Shown here piece by piece: positions 25,445 through 33,322 of a DNA stretch of 58,911 nt; positions within the stretch are counted from its first letter, which is position 1; each line of letters begins with the position of its first letter. Where the stretch lies: positions 1 to 58,911 of the IMG/VR virus record IMGVR_UViG_3300026316_000001; one strand, given 5' to 3'. The translations under genes and the position numbers were made by a program. The stretch is from a virus. The notes beneath the pieces are model-generated. The model was not told the DNA's origin and searched no databases. It worked only from the letters and a program-made list of their open reading frames with translations.

Positions 25445-27181
25445 TCAGCCGGTCACCATGTTGGTGGTGGCCGAGGTGGTGCCGCTCGGGTCGATCGTCA
25501 TCTTGATCATGCGCGACTCGAAGCCCCGCTTGATCACCTGGATGCCGTCTTCCGTGAACAGCCGCACGTACTGGTTGAGCGCCAGGTTGGTGCTGTCGTA
25601 CACCGTGTCCAGGCGGATCACGTCGGCCACGCCACGCACCCAGGTACCGGCCGCGTACAGCAGCATGTAGAGCGTGGTGGGCAGGGTGTAGACCCCCGCA
25701 CTCTGACCGACCGTGGTCGCGGTGTTAGGGCTGCCGGTGCTGTTCAGCGCCTCCTGCCAGTCATAGACCCACTGGACCCGCGCGTTGCGCAGCGCGAACC
25801 ACGCTTCGATCTGGGACTGCGCCAGCTCGAAGGCGTCGTCGCGGTCCACGCCCATGCGCCGCTGCACGTCGGCGCGGATCGACTCGATCACCCAGAAGGG
25901 CAGCACGCACTCCAGGGTGGCCGCGAACGGCATCCGGTACTTGTACCGGTAGTCCATGATCTGGATGCCGGCGACGGCCAGCAGCCGCGACAGCGCGGTC
26001 AGATCCTTGAACTCGGTCGTGGTCACCGGCAGGTTGGTCACGTTGGTGTAGTCGAAGACCGTCGATCCGTTGGCCACCTTGTTGATGGCGAAGATGTTCA
26101 GCTTGCGCTTGTGCGCGACCATCGCACCCCGGATGAACCGCTCCACCACCTCCGGGTACCCCCGGTCCTGGAGGAAGGCCCCGGTGATCTGGACGCCCTC
26201 CACCTCCAGGCGGTTGTCCGTGAAGGACGGGCACGGCACGACCATCGTCGGCTTGGAGGTGGCCGCGACGACCTGCGCCTCCGTCTGGTGCCAGTAGCCG
26301 GCGCCACCGAAGATCGCGGAGAAGTCGGGACCAGGCGTGACCTGCACGCCGCCCCGGTGGATCTGCAACTCCGGCAGATCGAGCTGCCCGTCGTTGCCGT
26401 CCTCCAGCTCGAACAGGTCGTACAGGATCTCGCTGGGCGCGCACCAGCCGGCCGCCGCCGTCAGCGTGGCCAGGCCGGGATCCTTGGCCGCCGCGTCCAG
26501 CTTGGCCCACGCCTGCGTGAGCGTGTCTTCCTTGGTGATGCTCAGCTCAGCCGGGTACTCACGGCGAAGCTGGATGACGTTGGTCCGGTGGAAGGCACCC
26601 GGGCCGAGGTCGCCGAACGCGGCCATGGAGTCTTCCATGGTCTTGGCCATGCCCGCGAGGTCGTCGAACTCCTCGCCGGGCCGGCGGCCGGCCGCGCCGT
26701 TGGCCGCCAGCGCCTTGGTGTAGGACTGGCGGGCCTCTCCGGTGCCCACGTTCGGCCCGGTGGTCTGCGGCTGGCTACCGGCCGCCGCCGCGACCGCACC
26801 GACGCCGGGCGCGGTGACCTTCTCGCCGCCGTCCTTGTCGTCCTTGGCCGGCTCGGCCGGTGGGGTTCCCTCACTCGGCGGCGTGGAGGCCGCCGGCTGG
26901 CCGAATGCCGCCGCCGCCTTGCCGGCCCGGCCGGTCTTGTCGGCGCCCTGCTCGGCAGCCTTGGCGCGCTCCTCACGCTGATCCCCGACGCCCGCCACCA
27001 CGCCGGACAGTCGCTCCAGCGTGTTCAGCTCGTCGTCGGACAGGGGCTCGCCCTCGTTGTACTTCTTGACGATCGGATCGGCCGCCGCGCGGGCGACCTC
27101 GTCCAGCTCGTCAAGCTGCTCGTCGGTCACCACCGAGAAGTCGGTGGGGAGCTGGATCTCATCAATGGTCATGGTTGCCAT
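25445..27181 (-). CDS. Major capsid protein with an N-terminal scaffold/delta-like domain (578 aa)
   Basis: About 200 aa of acidic, low-complexity N-terminus, then AAAGWCAPSEILYDL...NQYVRLFTEDGIQV, capsid-like; no separate scaffold gene; hairpin follows. Confidence 0.6.
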   Translation of the reverse strand: MATMTIDEIQLPTDFSVVTDEQLDELDEVARAAADPIVKKYNEGEPLSDDELNTLERLSGVVAGVGDQREERAKAAEQGADKTGRAGKAAAAFGQPAASTPPSEGTPPAEPAKDDKDGGEKVTAPGVGAVAAAAGSQPQTTGPNVGTGEARQSYTKALAANGAAGRRPGEEFDDLAGMAKTMEDSMAAFGDLGPGAFHRTNVIQLRREYPAELSITKEDTLTQAWAKLDAAAKDPGLATLTAAAGWCAPSEILYDLFELEDGNDGQLDLPELQIHRGGVQVTPGPDFSAIFGGAGYWHQTEAQVVAATSKPTMVVPCPSFTDNRLEVEGVQITGAFLQDRGYPEVVERFIRGAMVAHKRKLNIFAINKVANGSTVFDYTNVTNLPVTTTEFKDLTALSRLLAVAGIQIMDYRYKYRMPFAATLECVLPFWVIESIRADVQRRMGVDRDDAFELAQSQIEAWFALRNARVQWVYDWQEALNSTGSPNTATTVGQSAGVYTLPTTLYMLLYAAGTWVRGVADVIRLDTVYDSTNLALNQYVRLFTEDGIQVIKRGFESRMIKMTIDPSGTTSATTNMVTG

Positions 27182-27453
27182 GGGGCAGCGCCTCTCTCGT
27201 CGCTACGAAACCCCACGCTCCCGACCGGCCCACCGCCAGCGCCAGACGCGCATTCGTTGGGCCGCACTCTACCTGGATGGATCAATGCCGGGCAAGAATC
27301 ACCGACACCTGGCGACATGTTCAGGCTGGCCTTACACTCGAAGTACGGTGGGTGGCACGCGTACCAGGCGAGGCTTCCTTCCTTCAGGTGAGAGAGGCGT
27401 CTTCCTTCCAGGTGGGGAGGGCGCCTCTCGCCGTTTCCCCAGCTAGATGCCGG

Positions 27454-27481
27454 TTGACAGGGCTGTCAACCCCTGTATACA
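27454..27481 (+). promoter_or_regulatory. Candidate promoter with a palindromic -35 box for the plus-strand insert
   Basis: TTGACAgggcTGTCAA (27454-27469); TTGACA, 16 nt, TATACA (27476-27481) with TG just upstream; then AGCGATACACCTGGAGGGGCCACATG. Confidence 0.5.
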
Positions 27482-27519
27482 GTGGCTACACAAGCAAGCG
27501 ATACACCTGGAGGGGCCAC

Positions 27520-27744
27520 ATGTTCACCAAGACCACCATCAGCGCCACGTTCACCGTTAGCCGGCTTTCCCAGTCGCGCTTCATGGCCGCCATCGAGCAG
27601 GCCGAGCGACAGACCGGATGTCGGGTGCTGGTTTCGGTCACGCGGTGCGGGCTGTTCAGCTCCGATCTGAACCTCCAGGTCACGGGCACCCCGGCCGCCA
27701 TCCGGATCGCCGGGCGAATCATGGACGAGGTCATCGCGCGGTGA
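27520..27744 (+). CDS. Hypothetical protein (74 aa), plus-strand insert gene 1
   Basis: ATG 6 nt after ACACCTGGAGG (27503-27513); MFTKTTISATFTVSRLSQSRFMAAIEQAERQTG. Confidence 0.6.
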   Translation: MFTKTTISATFTVSRLSQSRFMAAIEQAERQTGCRVLVSVTRCGLFSSDLNLQVTGTPAAIRIAGRIMDEVIAR

Positions 27745-27770
27745 CCAGGCAGAGGCAGGGGAATCAGCCA

Positions 27771-28229
27771 ATGATCAAGGTGGATCGCGTGGAACTCCTC
27801 GACCAGCTCGCCACGCTGGTCGAGGAGTTCCACGCCCGAGCACGCGCCCTGTACGGGTCGCCGGCCCTGGAGCAGTACAGCCCGAGCGCCATCGCCCGCG
27901 ACTACGCGGCGGCGCTCGTGCTCGGGGGCGGCGAACTCGCCGAGCACGCGGCGCGCGAGGTGGCCATGGCGCTGGTGGGGGAGCGCGCGTTCGACGACGA
28001 GGCGTTCTGGCGTACCCCGCTGGGGCGGGTCATCGCCTGGTACATCGGCTTCCCGCGCGAGCGCGTGCAGACCTCGCTGGTCGGGACGCTGCTCGGCACG
28101 AGCCGCCAGTACGGTTACCGCGCGGTAGTTGATCTCGATAAGGAGCTGCGGGACGGATCGGTGACGGTCCCGTCCGAAGGGGTTCGCCAGCTCCTGAGGG
28201 TTCGGCAGCGAACGCTCGCGGTCACCTGA
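27771..28229 (+). CDS. Hypothetical protein (152 aa), plus-strand insert gene 2
   Basis: ATG after GGCAGGGGAATCAGCCA; MIKVDRVELLDQLATLVEEFHARARALYG. Confidence 0.6.
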   Translation: MIKVDRVELLDQLATLVEEFHARARALYGSPALEQYSPSAIARDYAAALVLGGGELAEHAAREVAMALVGERAFDDEAFWRTPLGRVIAWYIGFPRERVQTSLVGTLLGTSRQYGYRAVVDLDKELRDGSVTVPSEGVRQLLRVRQRTLAVT

Positions 28230-28241
28230 CCTGCATGGCCG

Positions 28242-28279
28242 ACAGGCCCGGTTCTCCACCTGAAGGAGGCCGGGCCTGT
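28242..28279. terminator. Bidirectional hairpin between convergent genes
   Basis: acaggcccgg (28242-28251) pairs with ccgggcctgt (28270-28279), with inner CTCC/GGAG pairing. Confidence 0.55.
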
Positions 28280-28305
28280 GTCGTGCCGGTGTGTGAATAG
28301 CGAGC

Positions 28306-28539
28306 CTACTGCACGTGCTCCGTGGTGCCGACGTTCGGGGCATCGCCCTGGACCGGCGCCACGCTGCCGTCCTCGTGGATCACGCCCGGCCCGGCATAGT
28401 CCGGCTGCGCCGGCTGCGCCACGGTGGCCGCCGCCGTACCCGCCGGCTGCACCGTCCCAGGCTGCACCGCCTCGGCCTGCTCGCTCTCGGCCGGTACCCG
28501 ATCGTTCTCAGCCGCTTCGTCGGTCGTGTCGTTGGCCAT
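28306..28539 (-). CDS. Acidic hypothetical protein (77 aa)
   Basis: ATG after GGGAGGCAGCGCG; MANDTTDEAAENDRVPAESEQAEAV. Confidence 0.55.
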   Translation of the reverse strand: MANDTTDEAAENDRVPAESEQAEAVQPGTVQPAGTAAATVAQPAQPDYAGPGVIHEDGSVAPVQGDAPNVGTTEHVQ

Positions 28540-28595
28540 CGCGCTGCCTCCCTGCTCGCGTGTGACGCTGCACGCCGCCGGGTACCCGGTAGGCC

Positions 28596-28754
28596 ATGGA
28601 CCTACTCCTGATCATCCTGCTGATCCTGGGCGTGCTGGCGATAGCAGCCTACGCTTTCTCGCCGCGAGCACGCGCGCTGGTGATCCACCTCGGGTGGGCC
28701 GGACTGTTCCTGATCTTCCTCGGCGAGCTGATCGCCCGCTGGCCAAAGCACTGA
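28596..28754 (+). CDS. Small 2-TM membrane protein (52 aa; below the ORF-track cutoff)
   Basis: Translated by hand: MDLLLIILLILGVLAIAAYAFSPRARALVIHLGWAGLFLIFLGELIARWPKH; high GC3, while the antisense gene's frame has low GC3 over the same bases. Confidence 0.45.
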   Translation: MDLLLIILLILGVLAIAAYAFSPRARALVIHLGWAGLFLIFLGELIARWPKH

Positions 28755-28959
28755 CCGACAGCTCGATACGATCCAGTCGCTCCAGCACGGCACGATCGTC
28801 GGCCGCCTCGGACGCGGACCAGTCGCTGGCCACGTTCGCGTACAGGGAGGCGATCCACACCAGCACGATCGAATGCGCCCATCCGAACGGGAACGACAGC
28901 ACGCCCACGACCATCCAGGCGATCGACCTGGATCGGTGGAACCAGACCCGCCAGTTCAT
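28612..28959 (-). CDS. Membrane protein (115 aa); its 3' third overlaps the convergent plus-strand ORF
   Basis: ATGA overlap; MNWRVWFHRSRSIAWMVVGVLSFPFGWAHSIVLVWIASLYANV; the coding signal is lost after about 28755. Confidence 0.5.
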   Translation of the reverse strand: MNWRVWFHRSRSIAWMVVGVLSFPFGWAHSIVLVWIASLYANVASDWSASEAADDRAVLERLDRIELSVSALASGRSARRGRSGTVRPTRGGSPARVLAARKRRLLSPARPGSAG

Positions 28960-29141
28960 CGCCGCGCCAGCACGTACACCGCGACGGCCAGGGCCACGAG
29001 GACGGCAACGAGGAACGGGACCAGGGTGCTGCCCAGCTTGCCGATCGGTGTACGGCGCTCCATCCACGCCCACACCCGACCCACCAGGATCAGCACTAGC
29101 AGCGCGCCGGCCAGCAGCAGCCAGTCGCCCGCGCTCAGCAC
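28956..29141 (-). CDS. Small 2-TM membrane protein (61 aa)
   Basis: GTG 29141; VLSAGDWLLLAGALLVLILVGRVWAWMERRTPIGKLGSTLVPFLVAVLVALAVAVYVLARR. Confidence 0.5.
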   Translation of the reverse strand: MLSAGDWLLLAGALLVLILVGRVWAWMERRTPIGKLGSTLVPFLVAVLVALAVAVYVLARR

Positions 29142-29464
29142 GGGCAGTGGTGCGTGCGGCTGTGCTCGGCGTTGGGCCAGTGTCCGGTGGCCCGCTTCTC
29201 CAGGTTGGCGCACAGGCCCTTGGGGTCCTTCGGGTAGTACTTGCCGGCGTGCGTGAGGCAGCGGCAGAACGCACAGGGCTCCGGCCAGCGGATCTTCGCC
29301 GCGCCCCTCCCGTGCGCCCAGTACTCCATCAGCTTCTCGGTGGATGCGGGGTGCATCGCGGTACCGACCGAGGCGAACGCGCCGGGCCAGGGCTCGCTCA
29401 CGTCCTGACGCGCCATGGTCGCCAGGTCGGCAATGAGCCGGTCGATCTCCTGCACGGGGGTCAC
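29135..29464 (-). CDS. Cys/His-rich conserved actinophage head-module protein (109 aa)
   Basis: GTGA overlap; EKLMEYWAHGRGAAKIRWPEPCAFCRCLTHAGKYYPKDPKGLCANLEKRATGHWP, a motif recalled from actinophage capsid-morphogenesis proteins. Confidence 0.55.
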   Translation of the reverse strand: MTPVQEIDRLIADLATMARQDVSEPWPGAFASVGTAMHPASTEKLMEYWAHGRGAAKIRWPEPCAFCRCLTHAGKYYPKDPKGLCANLEKRATGHWPNAEHSRTHHCPC

Positions 29465-29625
29465 CGGCCGGACTCCTCGCTGCTGTCGTGCTCCTCGCCG
29501 GTCTCCTGGTCGCGGTACCGGGTGGATCCGCAACGCGGACACGTGTTCCAGATGAACGGGTACTGCACGACGCATCCGAGGCAGACACGCGGCAGCCGGT
29601 CTTCGGGCAGTGGCTGATCGGTCAC
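29461..29625 (-). CDS. Zinc-ribbon mini-protein (54 aa; below the ORF-track cutoff)
   Basis: GTGA overlaps at both ends; VTDQPLPEDRLPRVCLGCVVQYPFIWNTCPRCGSTRYRDQETGEEHDSSEESGR (CxxC...CxxC). Confidence 0.5.
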   Translation of the reverse strand: MTDQPLPEDRLPRVCLGCVVQYPFIWNTCPRCGSTRYRDQETGEEHDSSEESGR

Positions 29626-31052
29626 GAGACACCTACCACGGGTACGAAGGTGGTTGCTGTTCCGGAGGCGGTCGGGTCGAACGAGCCGGGGATCGCCGTC
29701 TGGCCGGACAGGATCGTACAGCGCCTCTTCGTGACCCCCACGCCAAGATCGAACCAGGGCGCGTGGGCGTCGTTGGCAGAGCTGAGGAACGGCACGTTGG
29801 GCGCGACCGTCATGCCCCGGTGAAGCGGCAGGATGTAGACGAACCGCCCGGCACCCTGGCTGGCCACGACACCGCCCGCGAGCGCACCGCCCCGCCAGCC
29901 GTTGCTCGTCCAGATGGACGGTGTCTCGGCGGTCGCGTCCACCAGTACCCCGGCATCAGTGAACAGGGCCAGCTTGTTGCCGGCCGTCGCGCCATCCCAG
30001 GTGCCGGCGTCCCGCACCCCGACGTGCAGGTTGGTGATCGCCACGCCGGCCGGAATCCACAGCCGCGTGGCGAAGATCGTGTTGTTGCCGAACGTCGAGG
30101 TGCCCATGTCCGACTCGGGATTGACCGAGCAGGCCAGCAGGCCATACCCGGCCAGCGGGAAGATCTGATCCATGCCCGAGCTACCGGCGGCCGGAGTCGC
30201 CCACTTGATTCCGCTGGCCTGCGTCGAGTCGGCGGTGAGCACCTGCGTGTTGGAGCCCACGCCCAGTCGGGCGGGGGTGCTGGCGCCAGTGGCCACGAAC
30301 AAGTCGCCCTTGGTGGTCAGCGTCGCCTTGTCGACCTTGGCCGCGAGGTCGGTGACCAGGCTGGTCACGTCCCCCTCGACGTGCCCGTGGCCGGTCGCCG
30401 ACTTGCCTGCCAGGCCGGGCACGGTCGGCGCGGCAGCGGTACCGGACAGGTCGCCCGCGAGCTGCACGACGCCCTTCGCGCCGGCCGTGGCGTCGCTGAC
30501 CGCCAGGGTCCGGTCAGCGGTCAGGTTCCCGCCGCCGGTCAGCGGCGCCGTGGTGTTGATCGAGCGGGTCAGCGGTACCCCGCCGCCTCCGCCGCTGCCC
30601 GCGTTGGCGAGCTGGGTCGCCGGCACCTGGCCGGCACCGTCGAGCGACGCCACGCCGTTGGCCTGCCCGAGCTGCGAGGCGAGCAGGTACGGGCTTAGCG
30701 CGACCACCGCCAGGTGCTGCAAGTTGCCCAGCTTGAACGGGGTACCGGCGGCCGGAAGCTGGATGATGTAGACCCGCACCGGGTAGCCGTCGACCGTCTC
30801 GCGAACCCAGTACCCCCAGCCGGTCGGCGTCAGGTCCGGATCGTCGGTGGCCATGAGGGTGACCGAGAACGCGCCGGCACCGTCCAGCGTCGCGGTCACT
30901 ACGCCGGGCTCCACGAGCTGCTTCGTGCCGGCATCGACAAGGACGGTGGTCGGCCAGAACTCGACCTTTCCGGTCGGTACCGCGCCGGCCGGCTGCGCAG
31001 CCGAGAACAGGCCGTTGACCACGACCTGGGTCACGTCAGCCGGGTACGACAC
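29622..31052 (-). CDS. Fibre-like protein encoded inside the head module (476 aa)
   Basis: GVASLDGAGQVPATQL, GVVQLAGDLSGTAAAPTV and Gly-rich linkers are typical of phage tail-fibre shafts. Confidence 0.6.
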   Translation of the reverse strand: MSYPADVTQVVVNGLFSAAQPAGAVPTGKVEFWPTTVLVDAGTKQLVEPGVVTATLDGAGAFSVTLMATDDPDLTPTGWGYWVRETVDGYPVRVYIIQLPAAGTPFKLGNLQHLAVVALSPYLLASQLGQANGVASLDGAGQVPATQLANAGSGGGGGVPLTRSINTTAPLTGGGNLTADRTLAVSDATAGAKGVVQLAGDLSGTAAAPTVPGLAGKSATGHGHVEGDVTSLVTDLAAKVDKATLTTKGDLFVATGASTPARLGVGSNTQVLTADSTQASGIKWATPAAGSSGMDQIFPLAGYGLLACSVNPESDMGTSTFGNNTIFATRLWIPAGVAITNLHVGVRDAGTWDGATAGNKLALFTDAGVLVDATAETPSIWTSNGWRGGALAGGVVASQGAGRFVYILPLHRGMTVAPNVPFLSSANDAHAPWFDLGVGVTKRRCTILSGQTAIPGSFDPTASGTATTFVPVVGVS

Positions 31053-31061
31053 GGCGGATCC

Positions 31062-31244
31062 TTACACTGCGGCCGGCTGCGCGGGCACGACCACGCCACC
31101 GCCGAGCGCCGTCACGTACGCCTCGGCGGCCACGCGGTCGGTGAACTCCCGGGCCTCGCCGTTGTTGGGCCGCGCGATGACCGTGGCCGGCTCGGCGTTG
31201 ATCGGCCCCGAGGTGACGAGGGAAGCCCCTCCACATCCACACAT
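31062..31244 (-). CDS. Hypothetical protein (60 aa)
   Basis: ATG 4 nt after the protease TAG; MCGCGGASLVTSGPINAEPATVIARPNNGEAREF. Confidence 0.45.
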   Translation of the reverse strand: MCGCGGASLVTSGPINAEPATVIARPNNGEAREFTDRVAAEAYVTALGGGVVVPAQPAAV

Positions 31245-31248
31245 CGAT

Positions 31249-33312
31249 CTATCCCTTTCCCTGACGGGCCGGCGTCCTGGCCGGTCCCGTGATGACGGAC
31301 GCCGCCTGCGCCGCCCGCTTACGCCGCGTGGCAGCCTGGCCCACGCCCATCGCATCATCCATGACGCTCAGCGCCGCGAGCACCCGGCTGCCACGCTCCT
31401 CGGCGCGCTCGGCCTCCCGGGTAGCCCGTACGGTCTGCACGACCAGGGCCTCCAGGTCGGCAGCCGAGAAGACTGGAGGCGCCCCGTCCTCCTCCACCTG
31501 GAGCGTGCCGGCGGCCACCAGGGCGAGCTGCGCCCCGGCGACCATCGAGGCGCGCGGTACCGGGAAGCCCCCCGAGTTGACCGCCAGCGCGTGCACCAGC
31601 TCCAGGTTGCCGCCGATGCGCCGCCAGTCGCCGGACAGCGGGGAACGCTTCAGCTCGGCCAGGTCGGCACCGGGCACGGCCGCGCCGGCCAGCCAGATGC
31701 CGTGCTTGTCCTCGCCGGCCCGGACCACAGCCGCCTGCGCGCTGGTCGAGTCGTAGTGCTCGGCCGCCGCCTGGAAGCCCATCCTGGTGTCGGCGTGGCC
31801 GCCGCCGATGGAGATGCGCCCCACGGCGACCTCGCCCTCGGTGGTGTCCACGGCGCCCGTGTGGAAGTAGGCGTACTGCTTCTTGCTCTTGGGTGGCGTG
31901 GTGCACACGTTCGGCATACCGGTGTGGCAGGTGCCCCACGTGGCCAGGTGGCCGAAGACCCGTCCGTCTGGAGTCACGGTCAGCGGGGTCGGCCCGTCCA
32001 GCTTGGGGTCCGCGAACCAGGCCGCCGGCAGGGCCTGCGGCTCATCGGGGGTAGCCGCCGCCACGATCGCCTCCATGTCCACCGCCGCCGTCACCGCACC
32101 GTGCAACGGCTTCACCTTCTTGGCCGCCACGCCCTTGCGCAACCGGGCCATGCCCTGCCTGCCGTACTTCTTGCGGCCGATCTTGGCCGCGAGCGCCGCC
32201 GGGTTGTCGATGCCCTTGGCCCCGAGCGCCGCCTTCAGCTTCTCGAAACGCGCGCCGAAGGTGGCGGTGCCGGGCTGCTCGCCGGTCAGCTCCTCGGCCA
32301 GGCCGGACACCTGCTGATAGGTCTCATCGTCCAGGGCGGCCAGCGCGGCGGAGATCTCCCGGTCGGTGACGTACTCGCGCAGATCGGCGACCACCTCGCG
32401 CATACGGGCCTGGTCTAGCTCGGGCAGTACGGTGTGTCCGTCGAGCACCTGCGCCGCCGCCGTCAACGCCTGCGGTACGAGCGTGAGCTGACCGTCGATC
32501 ACGTCGGCCAGGGGGAACCGGAACAGGTCATCCTCTCCGTCCACCCAGAGATATCCCTGCGCCAGCAGATCGGTGCGCTCGCCGGCCCACTCACTGATCC
32601 GCCGCGCCGCGCCGGACGCGTCCCACGGGGTATCCAGCGGCGCCACCGCCAGGTCGTCCCATCCCGAGGCGCGCACGGCCGGCGTCAAGGCCATCTTGTG
32701 GGCCTCCAGCTCCGACGAGTAATCGCCAGGCTCCATGTCCATCAGCGGGATCTTGGCCCCCGCCTCGGCGAAAGCCGGAATCGGCACAAGGGTCGCCGCC
32801 GAGATCCGCCCCTTGGTGACCTCGATCTCCGGCCGCTCGCCGGTCGCCGCGTACTGCTCCGGGTCGCCGAGGGCATGGAACTCCATGTCGTCGAGGTCCA
32901 CGCTCGGACCGATCACGCCCTGCTCGATCAGCAGCCGGGCCTCGCGGGCATCCTCGGCCAGCCGGGGAAGCTGCTCCGGGTCCGGGTTGAACAGCAGGCC
33001 GAACCCCCACGGGGCGCCCTCGTCGTCGTAGGTGATTCCGTCCAGGGTGCCCACCACGACAGAGCCGGAGTGGCCCTGTCCGTCCTGGCGCTGCCACTTC
33101 AGCCCGAGGGGCAGGTCGCGATGGCTCAGCGCGCCGGCCGCGAACCGGCGCTTGTCGCCGGTTGGCTTGCCGATGGGCGCGAGCATGACCGGCCCCCAGC
33201 GGGTGACCTTGGTGCCGCGCGGGTCTGCCCCGGTGTCCGGCTCGTTCTCGTCGGTTGCGGTGACGGCCGCGAAGTCGGGGCAGTCGGTGCACGGCTCGTT
33301 GTCGTCGGCCAC
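31249..33312 (-). CDS. Capsid maturation protease, large multi-domain form (687 aa)
   Basis: GTG after GGGAGCCGACC; DGRVFGHLATWGTCHTGMPNVCTTPPKSKKQYAYFHTGAV is a motif recalled from actinophage prohead proteases; position after portal and MuF. Confidence 0.6.
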   Translation of the reverse strand: MADDNEPCTDCPDFAAVTATDENEPDTGADPRGTKVTRWGPVMLAPIGKPTGDKRRFAAGALSHRDLPLGLKWQRQDGQGHSGSVVVGTLDGITYDDEGAPWGFGLLFNPDPEQLPRLAEDAREARLLIEQGVIGPSVDLDDMEFHALGDPEQYAATGERPEIEVTKGRISAATLVPIPAFAEAGAKIPLMDMEPGDYSSELEAHKMALTPAVRASGWDDLAVAPLDTPWDASGAARRISEWAGERTDLLAQGYLWVDGEDDLFRFPLADVIDGQLTLVPQALTAAAQVLDGHTVLPELDQARMREVVADLREYVTDREISAALAALDDETYQQVSGLAEELTGEQPGTATFGARFEKLKAALGAKGIDNPAALAAKIGRKKYGRQGMARLRKGVAAKKVKPLHGAVTAAVDMEAIVAAATPDEPQALPAAWFADPKLDGPTPLTVTPDGRVFGHLATWGTCHTGMPNVCTTPPKSKKQYAYFHTGAVDTTEGEVAVGRISIGGGHADTRMGFQAAAEHYDSTSAQAAVVRAGEDKHGIWLAGAAVPGADLAELKRSPLSGDWRRIGGNLELVHALAVNSGGFPVPRASMVAGAQLALVAAGTLQVEEDGAPPVFSAADLEALVVQTVRATREAERAEERGSRVLAALSVMDDAMGVGQAATRRKRAAQAASVITGPARTPARQGKG

Positions 33313-33322
33313 GGTCGGCTCC

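Noticed and set aside
27200-27330. A ~50-codon minus-strand ORF in the capsid leader (ATGTCGCCAGGTGTC...)
   Set aside because: Third positions are mixed A/T/G/C, unlike every confident gene here, and it has no SD or start-associated motif. Treated as non-coding.
24986-27391. Very long plus-strand ORFs antisense to real genes: 24986-27391 (801 aa), 39377-41818 (813 aa), 54226-56283 (685 aa), 149-1540, 13691-15043 and 10750-12183
   Set aside because: Their translations are Arg/Gly/Pro/His-rich and low-complexity, and they lie opposite ORFs with clear family motifs (capsid, portal, DUF932 and others). Stop-poor antisense frames are expected in high-GC DNA.
28649-29008. Minus ORF 28649-29008 (119 aa) and ORF 28602-28793
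   Set aside because: The 28649-29008 frame shares third-codon positions with the plus-strand small ORF and translates to Arg-rich junk (...RGRAVVPVRMGAFDRAGVDRLPVRERGQRLVRVRGGRR...). Both are shadows of the better-supported frames.
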